64,000 nucleotides of DNA from Octopus vulgaris. Its lineage: Eukaryota. Of this stretch, positions 52,140-64,000 are shown one piece after another (the first letter of the stretch is position 1; each line of letters begins with the position of its first letter). Location of the stretch: contig OX597814.1 of assembly GCA_951406725.2 (NCBI GenBank), positions 194,122,001 to 194,186,000 of the forward strand. Reading direction: 5' to 3'. A program made the translations under genes and the position numbers. Under the pieces are notes generated by a model. That model searched no databases. It saw only the letters and a list, made by a program, of their open reading frames with translations, and was not told where the DNA came from.

Positions 52140-53359
52140 ATGGATTTCCATTGTTTCAACGACGAGTAATTAGTTGTTTGATCAGCTTAATTATCTGCTC
52201 CTGACTAAGGTGTAAACAGCTGGACTTCCCACAGGCACGTGCACCCATACGTGCGCAATCCTCCTCCTGAATCAGCATGACACAGTATGCATGATAGGCT
52301 GTACCTTTTGAATTACAGAATTACAGGTACAATCCACGCAACAGGCTTCTACCGTCAATCCAATTTCGTTTACAAGGTAATGAGGCTATAGAGTATGACG
52401 TTTGCCCAAGATTTCATACAATGGGATTGAACCCAGAACTTTAGGGATGTGAAGCGAACTTCATAACCATTCACCATACTATGACCACAGTCACACACAC
52501 ATACACACACACTCTCAAGCATATCTATGTATGCATGCATGTATGTCATTTGAGAAAACCCTTTCTGCTGGAAGCACACGGCCTCAAATTTGAGGGAAGG
52601 GATTAAGTCGATTACATCGACCCCAGTGCTTAACTAGTACTTATTTCATCGATCCCGAAAGGATGAAAGGCAAAGTCGACCTCAGCAGAATTTGAACTCA
52701 GAACGTAAAGACGAACGAAATGCCGCTAAGCATTTCGCCCGGCGTGCTACCAATTCAGCCAGCTCGCTGCATTATGTCATTTGTAATAATGAATTCAAAC
52801 CAAGTAATGATATTTTGAAAGTATTTAATACGTACGTTTCGGGTTTTGCATAATATGTAATAGAAAATACATCCCCTTATGCAATATCTTCTTCAGTTAG
52901 TACATTTCAAAATACATTTATATTATATATTAAACAGGGTCTGAAGCGTACATATTAAATGCTTTCAGAATATCATTACTTGATTTGATTTCATTGTTAC
53001 AAATTATATGACTTGATGCCAGTACAAGCTAGTCTTTCCTAACTCATTTTATGCGGATACTCTATTAAGGATTTGGAGTAGTTTATTCTATATGGTTCGA
53101 ATCGAAACTTCTGGTTCCATTCATTGCTTCTAAGCAAAACACGATACATGTATGTGTGTGTGAGAGAGAGAAGTACGCAGTGTAAAGTACGACAGAAAAC
53201 CAAATTCAGGGCTCAATAATGGACTCTACACTCCATTCCAGTACCCAGGATAGTATGATGCGGAACATTAACCTTGGGATAGGCTAGTGTGTAGAATACG
53301 AGCCAAAGAATGATGATGATTTACGGCAGACAGGTACGGTATTCAATGTTTTGAATACG

Positions 53360-53560
53360 TACAGGGTATTATCAGGGAGAGAGTTTCACATAGACGATAC
53401 AAGAATACCCATCAGTTGAAGGACGCCGTTCGGAGAGAGCCTTTGCAACAATCACCAAAGCACAACTTCGAAAAATATCACACAGGACATGGCGCCGCAT
53501 CCTTTTGTGCTACGAAAATGATGGCGTTCATACAGAACTTCTCGATGTGTGTTAGCGTCG
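53360..53560 (+). mobile_element. Tc1/mariner-superfamily transposase C-terminal fragment
   Basis: GIIRERVSHRRYKNTHQLKDAVR..TWRRILLCYENDGVHTE. Confidence 0.6.
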
Positions 53561-54816
53561 ATGAAAGCGAATAAATTAAATCCAATTCGTGCTTTGGATT
53601 GCTGAATTACTTGTTCTTCTATTGTTCTTATTACTTTCTGATAGGGGGTAACAAGACTTTCAGACCACCCTGTAGAACAAGGCAGTCAGCAGGCAGAATT
53701 GTTAGCACGCTGGACGAAATGCGTATTTCGAAATGGGTATTTCGTTTGTCTTTACGTTCTGAGTTCAAATTCCGCCGAGGTCCACTTTGCCTTTCATCCT
53801 TTCGGGGTCGATAAATTAAGTACCAATTACACACTGAGATTGGTCGATGTAATCGACTTAAATCCCTTTGTCTGTCCTTGTTTGTCCCCTCTTGTGTTTA
53901 TCCCCTTGTGGGTAGTAAAGAAAGAGGTATTGCGTCTGTCGTTACATTCTGAGTTCAAATTCCGCCGAGGTCGACTTTGCCTTTCATCCTTTCGGGGGTC
54001 TCAATAAATTAAGTATGAGATGAGTACTGGGGTCGATGTAATCGACTATTCCCCCTCCTCCCAAGCTTCAGAACTTGTGCCTGTAATAGAAAGGATTATT
54101 TTAAGGAGAACGACAGAATTATAAAAATCAAAGCTGTGATAATAAAACTGAGAGTGACTTCCCTTTGTAAATTATATTTTGTGCCTGGCTCAAAGTAAAC
54201 AGTTGCGAGTAGATGTGTTAGACATCGTTTCCAGTCTTCTTTATTGTCTCGTCCAACAGAAGAAAGGTATATTTTAGAAATTATATTCCATCCTCTTTTA
54301 TTTCAATATAAAGTTGTGTTCGTAACGTGATGAATTCTTCTGTGCGTGCGTGCGTGTTTGTGTGCATGTGTGAATGTGTGTGTGTGTGTGTATGTGTGTG
54401 TAAGTTCTGAGTTCAAATGCCGCCGAGGTCAACTTTGCCTTTCAGGCTTCCGGGGTCGATAAATTAAGTACCAGTTGCATACTGGGGTTGATCTAATCGA
54501 CTGACCCCCTCCCCCAAAACTTCAGGCCTTGTGCCTAGAGTAGAAACGAATATACATCTTGTCCTGAAGTGGCGAGCTGGCAGAATCATTAACACACCAG
54601 GCAAAATGCTTAGCAGCATTTCGTCTGTCATTACGTTCTGAGTTCAAATTCCACTGGGGTCGACTTTGCATTTCGTCCTTTCGAGATCAATAAAATAAGA
54701 ACCAGTTGAGCATTGGGGGTCGACGTAATCGATTTACCCCCACCCTGCAAAAAAAATTGCTAGCCTTGTGCCAAACTTTGGAACCACCATACATCTGTCC
54801 TTATCTCTTTATCTAG

Positions 54817-55068
54817 GTACAGATTACAGATCAATACACGACAAAGTAACCAGTCTGGTCAATCACCATCTTCACACTTCAGCCATCTCTCATTCTCATC
54901 GATCTCACACCAAACCTCAAGGGATTATTCAACAAACCTATGAAGGTATAGAATACCTACTTCACCGCTGGCCCTTCCTCAGGTCTAAATTGACCATTTT
55001 CTTTAACTGTCCTCTACCAAAACACCTACGTCACTTAATCTGGAAGACTTTCTTAGCAGATGCAAACG
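54817..55068 (+). CDS. TBC-like protein exon 3 (GTDYRSIHDKV...YLLHRWPFLRSKLTIFFNCPLPKHLRHLIWKTFLADAN)
   Basis: tatctag acceptor, ACG|gtaatt donor; 252 nt, phase 1-1; PLPKHLRHLIW resembles TBC motif A (RxxxW). Confidence 0.88.
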
Positions 55069-55085
55069 GTAATTTATTATTATTA

Positions 55086-55163
<78 letters not shown>

Positions 55164-56717
55164 TTAAAACGGTAAGCTGACAGAAGCGTTAGCGCGCCGG
55201 GCGAAAGCGTTGCGGTATTTCGTCTGCCGCTACGTTCTGAGTTCAAATTCCGCCGAGGTCGACTTTGCCTTTCATCCTTTCGGGGTCAATTAAATAAGTA
55301 CCAGTTACGCACTGGGGTCGATATAATCGACTTAATCCCTTTGTCGGTCCTTGTTTGTCCCCTCTGTGTTTAGCCCCTTTTGGACAGTAAAGAAATAGGT
55401 ATTTCGCCCATCGCTACATTCTGAGTTCAAATTCTGCGAAGGTCGACTTTGCCTTTCATCCTTTCAGGGTCGATTAAATAAGAACCAGTTACGCACTGGG
55501 ATCGATGTAATTGACTAGACCCCTCCCGCAAGCTGCCCTTGTGGTAAAAATTTGAAATATTATACAGGATCTGAAGCGTACAAATTAAATGCTTTCAGAA
55601 TATCATTACTTGATTTGATTTCATTGTTACAAATCTTATGACTTGATGCCAGTACAAACGAGTCTTTCCTGACTCCTTTTATGCTCAAAGGCAAAGCCTT
55701 GCTTCATTAGCTGGAAGATAATGAAGTTCGTAAGATAATCATATATTTCTTTGTCCTCTCTCTTTATTCTGAAACATATGCATATTGAGTTCTACATCGG
55801 ATTATTGGTATTGCAATGGCTAATTAAATGTTATTAGGAACTGTATAACAAAAATCATCCAAATATTTTGTGCATTATAGAAACAGACAGTAATCTCTCC
55901 ACTATCCAGTTGATCCAATCCGATAAATGAAGTAGAAACAGTACTGTACATATGTTTTATCATTTTTATAATTTGTATATATTTATTTTATTATAAATGC
56001 AAAACAACACCACACACTCACTTTCCAGGTTTCGGTTTGCAAAGTTTGTACAATTCTTTGTTTATAAAATACGGTACAATACGTATTTTCTTTTGATATA
56101 TTTTAATTAATGTGTTATACAATACAATAGTATATTCTTATTTATTAATTTTCAGGTGTGAAAATGCTTATTTTACCGCAGAAATAATTAAAATCTAAAA
56201 AAAAAATAAAAACACCTATCAGTCACAGAAACCCAGATATACTGCGGAGTCTGCGATATAAATTTACATAAATTAGCCAGAAAAAAACTACAATGTACTG
56301 AGTGCACGATAGGTGAACCGCGATATGGCGAAGGGTTACTGTCACCAATTTACTGCAGATAAACTTTAACATAATCTTTAGTGACCGCCGTTGCAAACCA
56401 CTGGTCTAAACAAAGACAAGTGGCATCAAACCTAGGCCCTTGTTTCTGGCGGCACAGTGTTGTACGGAATGCGTTTCTGTATTCAGTAATTTCTCTCTCA
56501 GCTTCTATTTGTTTCTATCCTTCGCTTGTCTGAGAAACTGTTAGGACGACAACATTCAAAATACATTTATATTATAAATTATACAGGATCTGAATCGTAC
56601 ATATTAAATGCTTTCAGAATATCATTACTTGATTTGATTTCATTGTTACAAATTATATGACTTGATGTCAGTAAAAACTAGTCTTTCCTGACTCCTTTTA
56701 TGCTCACAAGCATAATC

Positions 56718-57040
56718 ATATCTAGATCTGCACCCGGTGGGAAAAATGGAAACGAAAATGTGTAACAGTTGTAATGCACCGTATATTAAAGGAATATGAG
56801 GGAGAAAATGCGCGCTGACAAACGGGAAGGGGCTCGGAAAATTCACACGATCAACCGTACAGAATCCGAGCGCTAAACCTCAACACTCAGGGTCACAGGA
56901 ATGAAACAGAAATCGTCTAATACTTCTAATGCAATGTATATTCAACAAATTTTTTTCCTTATATTCCTTTAATATACGGTGCATTACAACTGTTACACAT
57001 TTTCGTTTCCATTTTTCCCACCGGGTGCGGATCTAAATAT
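56718..57040. repeat. Foldback element with ~85-bp arms
   Basis: agatctgcacccggtgggaaaaatgg...ggaatat versus atattcc...ccatttttcccaccgggtgcggatct. Confidence 0.8.
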
Positions 57041-57134
57041 TAACCAAATATCAATAGAAAGACAATCTATAAAGATCCGATGAGACATTGATGAGGCATC
57101 GATGATAAATTAAACTCTTCTCTATTTCTTGCAG

Positions 57135-57263
57135 TTTCTCACAAGTTTCTGGCCCAATGTAAGGATGATCCAGATAAACGAAAGCTATTCAATCCAGAAA
57201 TATCAGAAAACTGCAGAAAATTTATTAGAAGAATAAACCTGCAAGGATTAAATGGTTCTGAGG
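57135..57263 (+). CDS. TBC-like protein exon 4 (VSHKFLAQCKDDPDKRKLFNPEISENCRKFIRRINLQGLNGSE)
   Basis: ttcttgcag acceptor, AGG|gtaagt donor; 129 nt, phase 1-1, open frame. Confidence 0.85.
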
Positions 57264-59684
57264 GTAAGTTGTTCTTTTTGTTGCAGTTGTTGTTGTTTTA
57301 CTACCGTTGTTTTTGCTACTGCTGCTGCTACTACTGCTGCTGCTGTTGTTGTTAAGCAACAAGATGAGTAAGGGTGATTAGGTGATGGTCTAGGGCTTAG
57401 GGGCTGGAGACCCCAAACCTTGGAAAAAAAAACTTTGGTCGTCTTGTTGTAGTCGAGGGCCCTTCGTTGATGCCCGACACCACTGGGAGGTGGCCCTCGA
57501 AGTCGCTGGAAATGGAGATCTCCAGGTCCAAATTCTTGGACGGCTGCTGTTGTTCTTATTACTGTCATCTACTTGAGTAATATTTTAAACTTCGTATACT
57601 GGTAAAATGTGTTTATAAAACATCTTTTTCTCTTGGCTTTCTTGAGAAAAGCTTGCCAGGAAAGAAACGTGCCTTTAAGCAGTACAAAAACAACAACAAA
57701 AATAGAAGATGCAGTTATGTACAGGTTGACGGAAGAAAAACAGGACAAAAACGGCTTTATCGATCGTATTTTCACCTGGAATCAATTTTTGTAATTTTTT
57801 TCAAGACTTATATACGCCCTGATACCGTCGTTATCTACATATCAAATTTGAGCGCAATCGGATGGAGGATACCCGAGATCCTAGAAGACACACACACAGA
57901 CAGAACGGATTTTATATAATAGATATGTGTACACGCACACACACATACACACACACACACACACAGATAATTTGGGCTTTTTTCAGTTTCCATCTACCAA
58001 ATCAACCCTCAAGGCTTTGGTCAGTCCAGAGTTACAGTAGAAGACATTTGCTCAAGGTTCCACACAGTGGGACTGAATCCAGAACCATGTGGCTGGGAAG
58101 CAAAATTTGTTACCACATGAGGGATGAAATCCTGACAACAAAGGGTTAGGTTTTAAGTGTTTAGTACAAGATTTGGTGGACGATATGCAATTAGGGCTGG
58201 AAAAGGAAGAGAAATGTGTATGATGAATGAGTCGAGGTCGGAGTTGCATGGAGTCAGGGAAAAAATCTAAGGAGCAAAGGTTGATGGGGCTGTGAGTTAT
58301 GAGGAGGATGAAGGCACTGTTGAATGGTGGGTCAGAGATGAAATAACAGACATGCCGTCAGTTATAACAACGAGTGTTCCAATTGCGTATCCGGAAAGTT
58401 TACCACAGGAAAATTCACCTCAGGATTTTAGGCCATAGGAAAGTTCGCCGCATACGAAATTTTGCCGTAAGAAAGTTCACTGCATAGGAAATTTTGCCAC
58501 AAGACAATTTCACCAAAAAAATGTCTTGCTCGACCAAAAGAGTGCAGGAAAGAACATGGCAAAGATACGGGGAGGAGGAGGCAAAATTAAACAATCTAAA
58601 AGATTATGATGTTTTCAAAACAAAAAAAATTCTGCTTAAATAAAAAAGGAATCTATTATAATAATGAGCTTGTTTGTAAGTTTGTCCAAAATCACGCAAT
58701 AAGGAAGTAGCAGTGTCAGTAAGAGTAAAAAAAAATGAGAGAAAATGGTAATAACAATGAGAGAGGGGTTTGTATCAAACAGCGCCTCCCGCCCTCTCTC
58801 TCTCTCAACAAAACCCTTCTCACTTTATTGATGAATGTTGCCTCTCTGTCTTTCCCTCACTCTCCCTCCATCTATCTATCTATCTACAGACTCACACACA
58901 CTCTCTTTTTCACTCTCTCTTTCTCAACAACATTCTTATTCAATGAATGATGATTTTCTTCTGGTAAACATTAATAACAATATATGGAGTCAAGACTATT
59001 GAAAAGGTTACAAGATGCAACGAAAATTTTAGGAAAATAAAAACAAGAAATAAGTGGAAATTTTGCCGGTGAGTGTGTTAAATTATAAGGCACAAAAAGA
59101 AAATGACTCTCCCCAGACACAACAATATATAAGATAAGCAAGTATCTCTATGGATGATTGACTGTTCTGGAAGATTTTTCTGCTTAAAAAGTTGCAAAGT
59201 TAATAGAATATAAGATAAGTAAATAAGTAGTAATTTTTAAGTCATAAAATTAAGATATTGTCTATTGAAAGAAAGCTTGATAATATTGTCTGTTTAAAGA
59301 AAGCTAAATATAAAAGGAAGGCAATTATAAATATTTACAAATACTTGTCGATAGAGTGATGCTTGTAAAGATTTATGAATGAAGAATTGTGCCAAGGCGG
59401 TGAAGTTTGTCTTCAAGATCTTTTTCCATTTCAGAGTGTGAGAGACAGAGATGGAGAACGTGTAGACATTGCTGGAAAAGAAAATAAGTCTGTGTATGTA
59501 TGCCGTTAATGTAAGCCTGTGTAAATTTAGACTTTGCATGGTTACATATAGAAATATAAACAAACTGAGTCTACTTAACCCTGATATTGTTGCTGTTGTA
59601 TAACCCTGAATCAATTCTGACTAGATACAGCTTTGATCAAAGACATTCCAGCCATGACACACCATTTCTTTCATTTTTGTACAG

Positions 59685-59814
59685 GTGCATTTTATTGTAT
59701 GAAAAGCATTCTAGCATTTTACCTGTTGGTTGCAGAACAACCAGTGTCTCTGGATCCCAAGGAATATTTCATCACTGTACCATTCCTTCTGGTTGCTATG
59801 CAACATATCCAAAT
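59685..59814 (+). CDS. TBC-like protein exon 5 (GAFYCMKSILAFYLLVAEQPVSLDPKEYFITVPFLLVAMQHIQ)
   Basis: tttgtacag acceptor, AAT|gtaagt donor; 130 nt, phase 1-2. Confidence 0.85.
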
Positions 59815-60240
59815 GTAAGTTGTTTGTTTGTTTACTCTTTTACTTGTTTTAGTCATTTGACTGTGGCCATGCTGGAGCACCGCCTTTAGTCGAGCAAATT
59901 GATCCCAGGACTTATTCTTTGTAAGCCCAGTACTTATTCTATCGGTCTCTTTTGCCAAACTGTTACGGCAATGTAAACATACCAGCATCGGTTGTCAAGC
60001 GATGTTGGGGAGACAAACACAGACACACAAACATATACACACACGTATATATATATATATACACACATATATATACGACAGGCTTCTTTCAGTTTCCGTC
60101 TACCAAATTCACTCACAAGGCTTTGGTCGTCCCAAGGCTATAGTAGAAGACACTTGCCCAAGGTGCCACGCAGTGTGACTGAACCTGGAACCATGTGGTT
60201 TGGTAAACAAGGTACTTACCACACAGCCACTCCTATGCCA

Positions 60241-60269
<29 letters not shown>

Positions 60270-60272
<3 letters not shown>

Positions 60273-60805
60273 GGTGTCCCAAAAAAATGTATACACTTGC
60301 TGCAACAGTCTGTCATGCCAAGCATTAGAGAGGACTTTGAACAGGAAGAGTTTTATTTCCAGCAAGATGGGGCACCTCCACACTACCATCGCGATGTTAG
60401 ATCCTTTCTTGATGGGATCTTGCCAAACAGGTGGATTGGACGGAGAGGTTCTGTCGAATACCCTCCACGTTCACCAGACCTCACACCACTAGACTTCTTT
60501 TTATGGGGATACCTAAAGGACAAAGTCTACGCACAGAAACCTGCAACAGTCGTTCAATTGAGGGCAACCATTGAACATAAATGTACGAATATCCCAAGGG
60601 AATTGTTCCATGATGTGTGCCATTCCATCGCTTCGCATTGTCAGCAGTGTCTGGAGCAGAACGGACATCAGTTTGAGAACATGCGATAACAAGACAATAG
60701 AATGATATTTGTAAATTCTTTTACATGTTGAAAATTATTCGAATTATAATAAACCCCAAATTTACAATTATTTAAGGTGTGTATACATTTTTTGGGGACA
60801 CCCTG
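60270..60805 (+). mobile_element. DD41D (rosa-type) Tc1/mariner deletion derivative
   Basis: TIRs cagggtgtcccaaaaaaatgtatacac in a (TA)n tract; open frame 60297-60689 with FQQDGAPPH..SPDLTPLDFFLWGYLK and 41 residues between the last two catalytic Asp. Confidence 0.9.
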
Positions 60806-60841
<36 letters not shown>

Positions 60842-61163
60842 TATATATATGACGGGCTTCTTTCAGTTTCCGTCTACCAAATCCACTCACAAGGCTTTGG
60901 TCAACCTGAGGCTATAGTAGAAGACACTTGCCCAAGGTGCCACGCAGTGGGACTGAACCTGGAACCATGTGGTTGGTAAACAAGCTACTTACCACACAGC
61001 CACTCCTATGCCTGATTGTTTGTTTTGCCTAGTAAAGGCGAGTTACTTACCTGTATATGCAGCAGCTCTTACCCAGGGTGAAGGAAGCTGGCTCTAACCA
61101 ATGAGTGCATCATGTCCTTTAGGGCCTTTAGGGGAATTTCATCAGATGTATTTCTATTTTCAG

Positions 61164-61260
61164 TACAAATCCAGTCCCTGACAAAGTTCTTTCGCTTCTG
61201 ATTGAAGAATATTGCTCATTCAAGAAGAACCTTCCTATGTTTGTACAAGATTCTGACAAG
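61164..61260 (+). CDS. TBC-like protein exon 6 (ITNPVPDKVLSLLIEEYCSFKKNLPMFVQDSDK)
   Basis: tattttcag acceptor, AAG|gtattt donor; 97 nt, phase 2-0. Confidence 0.85.
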
Positions 61261-61535
61261 GTATTTTCACAGAAATATTTCTTTTACTCGTTCACACTTT
61301 TATTGTTTTACTAAATTCAGTCTGTGTGCTTTGACCATGCTGGAGCACTACTATGTTTGTTTAACTTCATTCAGTATTTACAGTTCATTAACATCGCTGT
61401 TACCGTTGCTGTTTAGTTCCAAATGAATGCTGATCAAGCATACACGTGACCAAAGGTGTCCCAGGGGTGATCATCCAATCAAATTGAATAACCAGAACTA
61501 CAAAACACTAGGATGGAGTTTAGAAAAGATTTAAC

Positions 61536-62170
61536 GGATCTTTACCTTTTGACCAACAAATTTTTAAAATAATTTTTTGTAACTAAACACTTTCAAACTT
61601 CAGACACTGGTAGAATGTGTCATATAAAACATCTTTTACTCATAGCATTTTTAAGAAAAACTTATATTTACGAAGTAATTTCACGTTAAAGTTGTATTGC
61701 GGTAATTTCAACCAATCAATGACGTGTATTCAGCTGAATAAAATTACTGCCGTTGTTTGTCAACAACAACTATTGGCAGTGTATATTTCGTTTGTCACCT
61801 GTAATTTATGACATCGTTCATGCATTTGTACTGGTCTTAGCTTTAAGGTTTTAGGGTTAGGGTGTTAGGGCTACGGTTTTAGGGTTAGGGTTGTCATAAA
61901 TAACAGTGACAAACAAAAAATACGCCGCTGGAAGTTCTTGTTGACAAACAACAGCAGTAATTTTATCCAGCTGAATACACGCCATTGATTGGTTGAAATT
62001 ACCAAAATAGCCTACTTTAACGTGAAGTTATTTCATAAAAATAAGTTTTTCTCAAAAATGCTAAGTGTAAAAGATGTTTTATATGACACATTCTACAAGT
62101 GTCCGAAGTTTGAAAGTGTTTAGTTACAAAAAATTATTTTTAAAATCTGTAGGTCAAAAGGTAAAGATCT
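61536..62170. mobile_element. Foldback MITE with ~270-bp TIRs and a TTAGGG-rich core
   Basis: GGATCTTTACC...GGTAAAGATCT, perfect 8-bp TSD GATTTAAC; core ~61835-61892. Confidence 0.85.
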
Positions 62171-62642
62171 GATTTAACTGCTATTTCTAGCAGGGAAAGC
62201 CACCATATAGGTGCTTTCCCATGGCTTGTCAGTTCATTAATTAAATATATTAAGTAGTTTGCTTCAATTTTTTTCTCTTTAGGTTAAAAATCTCTCCTAC
62301 AGTAAGACACCTGCTCTTGTCCCTCTGTCGTACTTTAACCTTTCATCATGTGCCGTAAAGTCACCCCCCTCAATACTACTTCACTTTCAGTTGAGAGGTC
62401 TTGTTTTGTAAGTTACCTGGTGACCTCACTGGTGCTGGTGCCATGGAAAAAAGCACCCAGTCCACTCTGTAAAAGTTGTTGGTGTTAGGACAAACATCCA
62501 GCCATAGAAACCATGCCAAAGCAGACACTGGAGTTTAATGCTCTGGATCACCAGCTCCTATCAAACCCTCCAACCCATGCCAGCATGGAAAACAGACATT
62601 AAATGATAATGATGACGATTATTATTATTATTTCATTTGTAG

Positions 62643-62745
62643 GATTTAAAATCTTTTACCAAAAACGTTATACAAACATTGAGGCAGAAATACCCAAATG
62701 CAGAACAAGTGTTTGCCCAAAAATGTGGTGGAGTACATGAAGAAG
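62643..62745 (+). CDS. TBC-like protein exon 7 (DLKSFTKNVIQTLRQKYPNAEQVFAQKCGGVHEE); gene continues past the window
   Basis: atttgtag acceptor, AAG|gtatgt donor; 103 nt, phase 0-1. Confidence 0.8.
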
Positions 62746-62855
62746 GTATGTAATAAATTTATCTCTTTAATGAAAATGTTGAGCTTATTTCAGAGAAATA
62801 CCCTACCTGATTGCCAGAGTTCACCTTTCCTCACAGTCATTTTATGTTACATGTT

Positions 62856-63222
62856 TTATTACCTCTGCCTTAATGAAGGCAGAGGTATTGTTTTCAGTTG
62901 TATTTGTTTGTCCATGGACAAGATATCTCAAGAACCACTGGATGGATTCTGATGAAACTTTCAGGGATGTTTGGCCTCATGACTGGTATGAACTGATTAG
63001 ATTTTGGGATCGATCCAGTACTAGACAAGGATTCTAGATTATTCTTTCGTTTTTATTTTTACTTAATTTTTGAGAGCGGTCAGGTTCATTTTTAGTATTC
63101 TCGTTCGTGAGAGCAGTTGAGTTAATTTCAGATATTCTCATTTTAAAATCATCTCTGGCTAATCATTGAGAGGACATTGGTGTTGCCTTGATAGAAGTTT
63201 GTGCTCTCGGAGTGCTCTTGTT
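62856..63222 (+). mobile_element. Helentron-associated (DINE-1/HINE-like) element
   Basis: ttattacctctgcc..ggcagaggt 5' palindrome and gaagtttgtgctctcggagtgct 3' end; reverse-strand partial copy at 17430-17625. Confidence 0.7.
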
Positions 63223-64000
63223 AAATCTGATTTTGCTACTATTGTTCATCAAGGGATCTCTATGTAGTCATTTGAAATAGCTGCCAAATTCCCTTAAGTC
63301 ATATCCCACCATCTTAAAAAAGGAAGGGCATATTGTATAATGTTGTTCTAAATACACAAAAATACCGGATGAGCCTCAGGTCAGCCATAACTGGTACCCG
63401 TTTGATTATTTATTCTATGCTATTGTTTGAATTAGACAGACAAGGAAGGAGGAGGCAGTGCATGTGACCATTGCAGGGTCCATCATACTGGGGGAAGAGG
63501 GGCACTGATGTAATTCATGCTCATCTTTAACAACCATTAAGGAGTTCTTCAGAAAAAAAAAGGGCTGGAAGAAGACATTTTAGAGAGCTGATGCTCTGGA
63601 TTGGACAATAGGTGCAGGCGTGGCTGTAATGGTAAGAAGCTTGCTTCCCAACGACATGGTTCTGTGTTCAGTTCCACTGCATGGCACCTTGGGCACGTGT
63701 CTTCTTACTATAGCCTGCAGCCAACCAAAGCCTTGTGAGTGGATTTGGTAGATGGAAACTGAAGGAAGCCCATTATGTGTGTGTGTGTGTGCACATGACT
63801 TTGTGTCTGTGTTTGTACTCCCCACCATTACTTGACAACCGATGTTGGTGTGTTTATGTCCCTGTAACCTAGCAGTTTGGCAAAAGAGACCAATAAGATA
63901 AGTACCAGGCTTATAAAGAATAAGCCCTTGGGTCAATTTCTTCAGCTAAAAAAACCCGTTAAGGTGGTGCTCCAGCATGGCCACAGTCAGATGATTGAAA

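Noticed and set aside
61835-61892. True telomere or chromosome-fusion scar
   Set aside because: Short, degenerate, single orientation, and enclosed in a TIR element with a TSD.

Overview
AT-rich, repeat-dense animal DNA, most likely octopod cephalopod (inferred from the SINE families and microsatellite density). Two divergently transcribed multi-exon genes could be reconstructed by hand from GT-AG sites with fully consistent intron phases. (1) Minus strand: the 5' six exons of beta-1,3-glucosyltransferase B3GLCT (ATG at 29309, running off the left edge). (2) Plus strand: the first seven coding exons (~310 aa, ATG at 46568, running off the right edge) of an uncharacterised protein with a TBC/Rab-GAP-like motif but apparently degenerate catalytic fingers. 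The rest is transposon-derived: tRNA-headed SINEs, 3' ends of RTE and CR1-like LINEs, Penelope-type palindromes carrying hammerhead-ribozyme motifs, decayed piggyBac, Tigger, Tc1 and DD41D transposons, many MITEs with readable target-site duplications (TSDs), Helitron/Helentron-type elements and long microsatellites. Almost all entries in the supplied ORF track are repeat artefacts. The most unusual items are a tRNA-headed, hammerhead-containing Penelope-like SINE inserted as one unit, several distinct hammerhead families, a twin-primed (5'-inverted) RTE insertion and a nest of inverted duplications in B3GLCT intron 4. I found no convincing wholly new multi-gene system.
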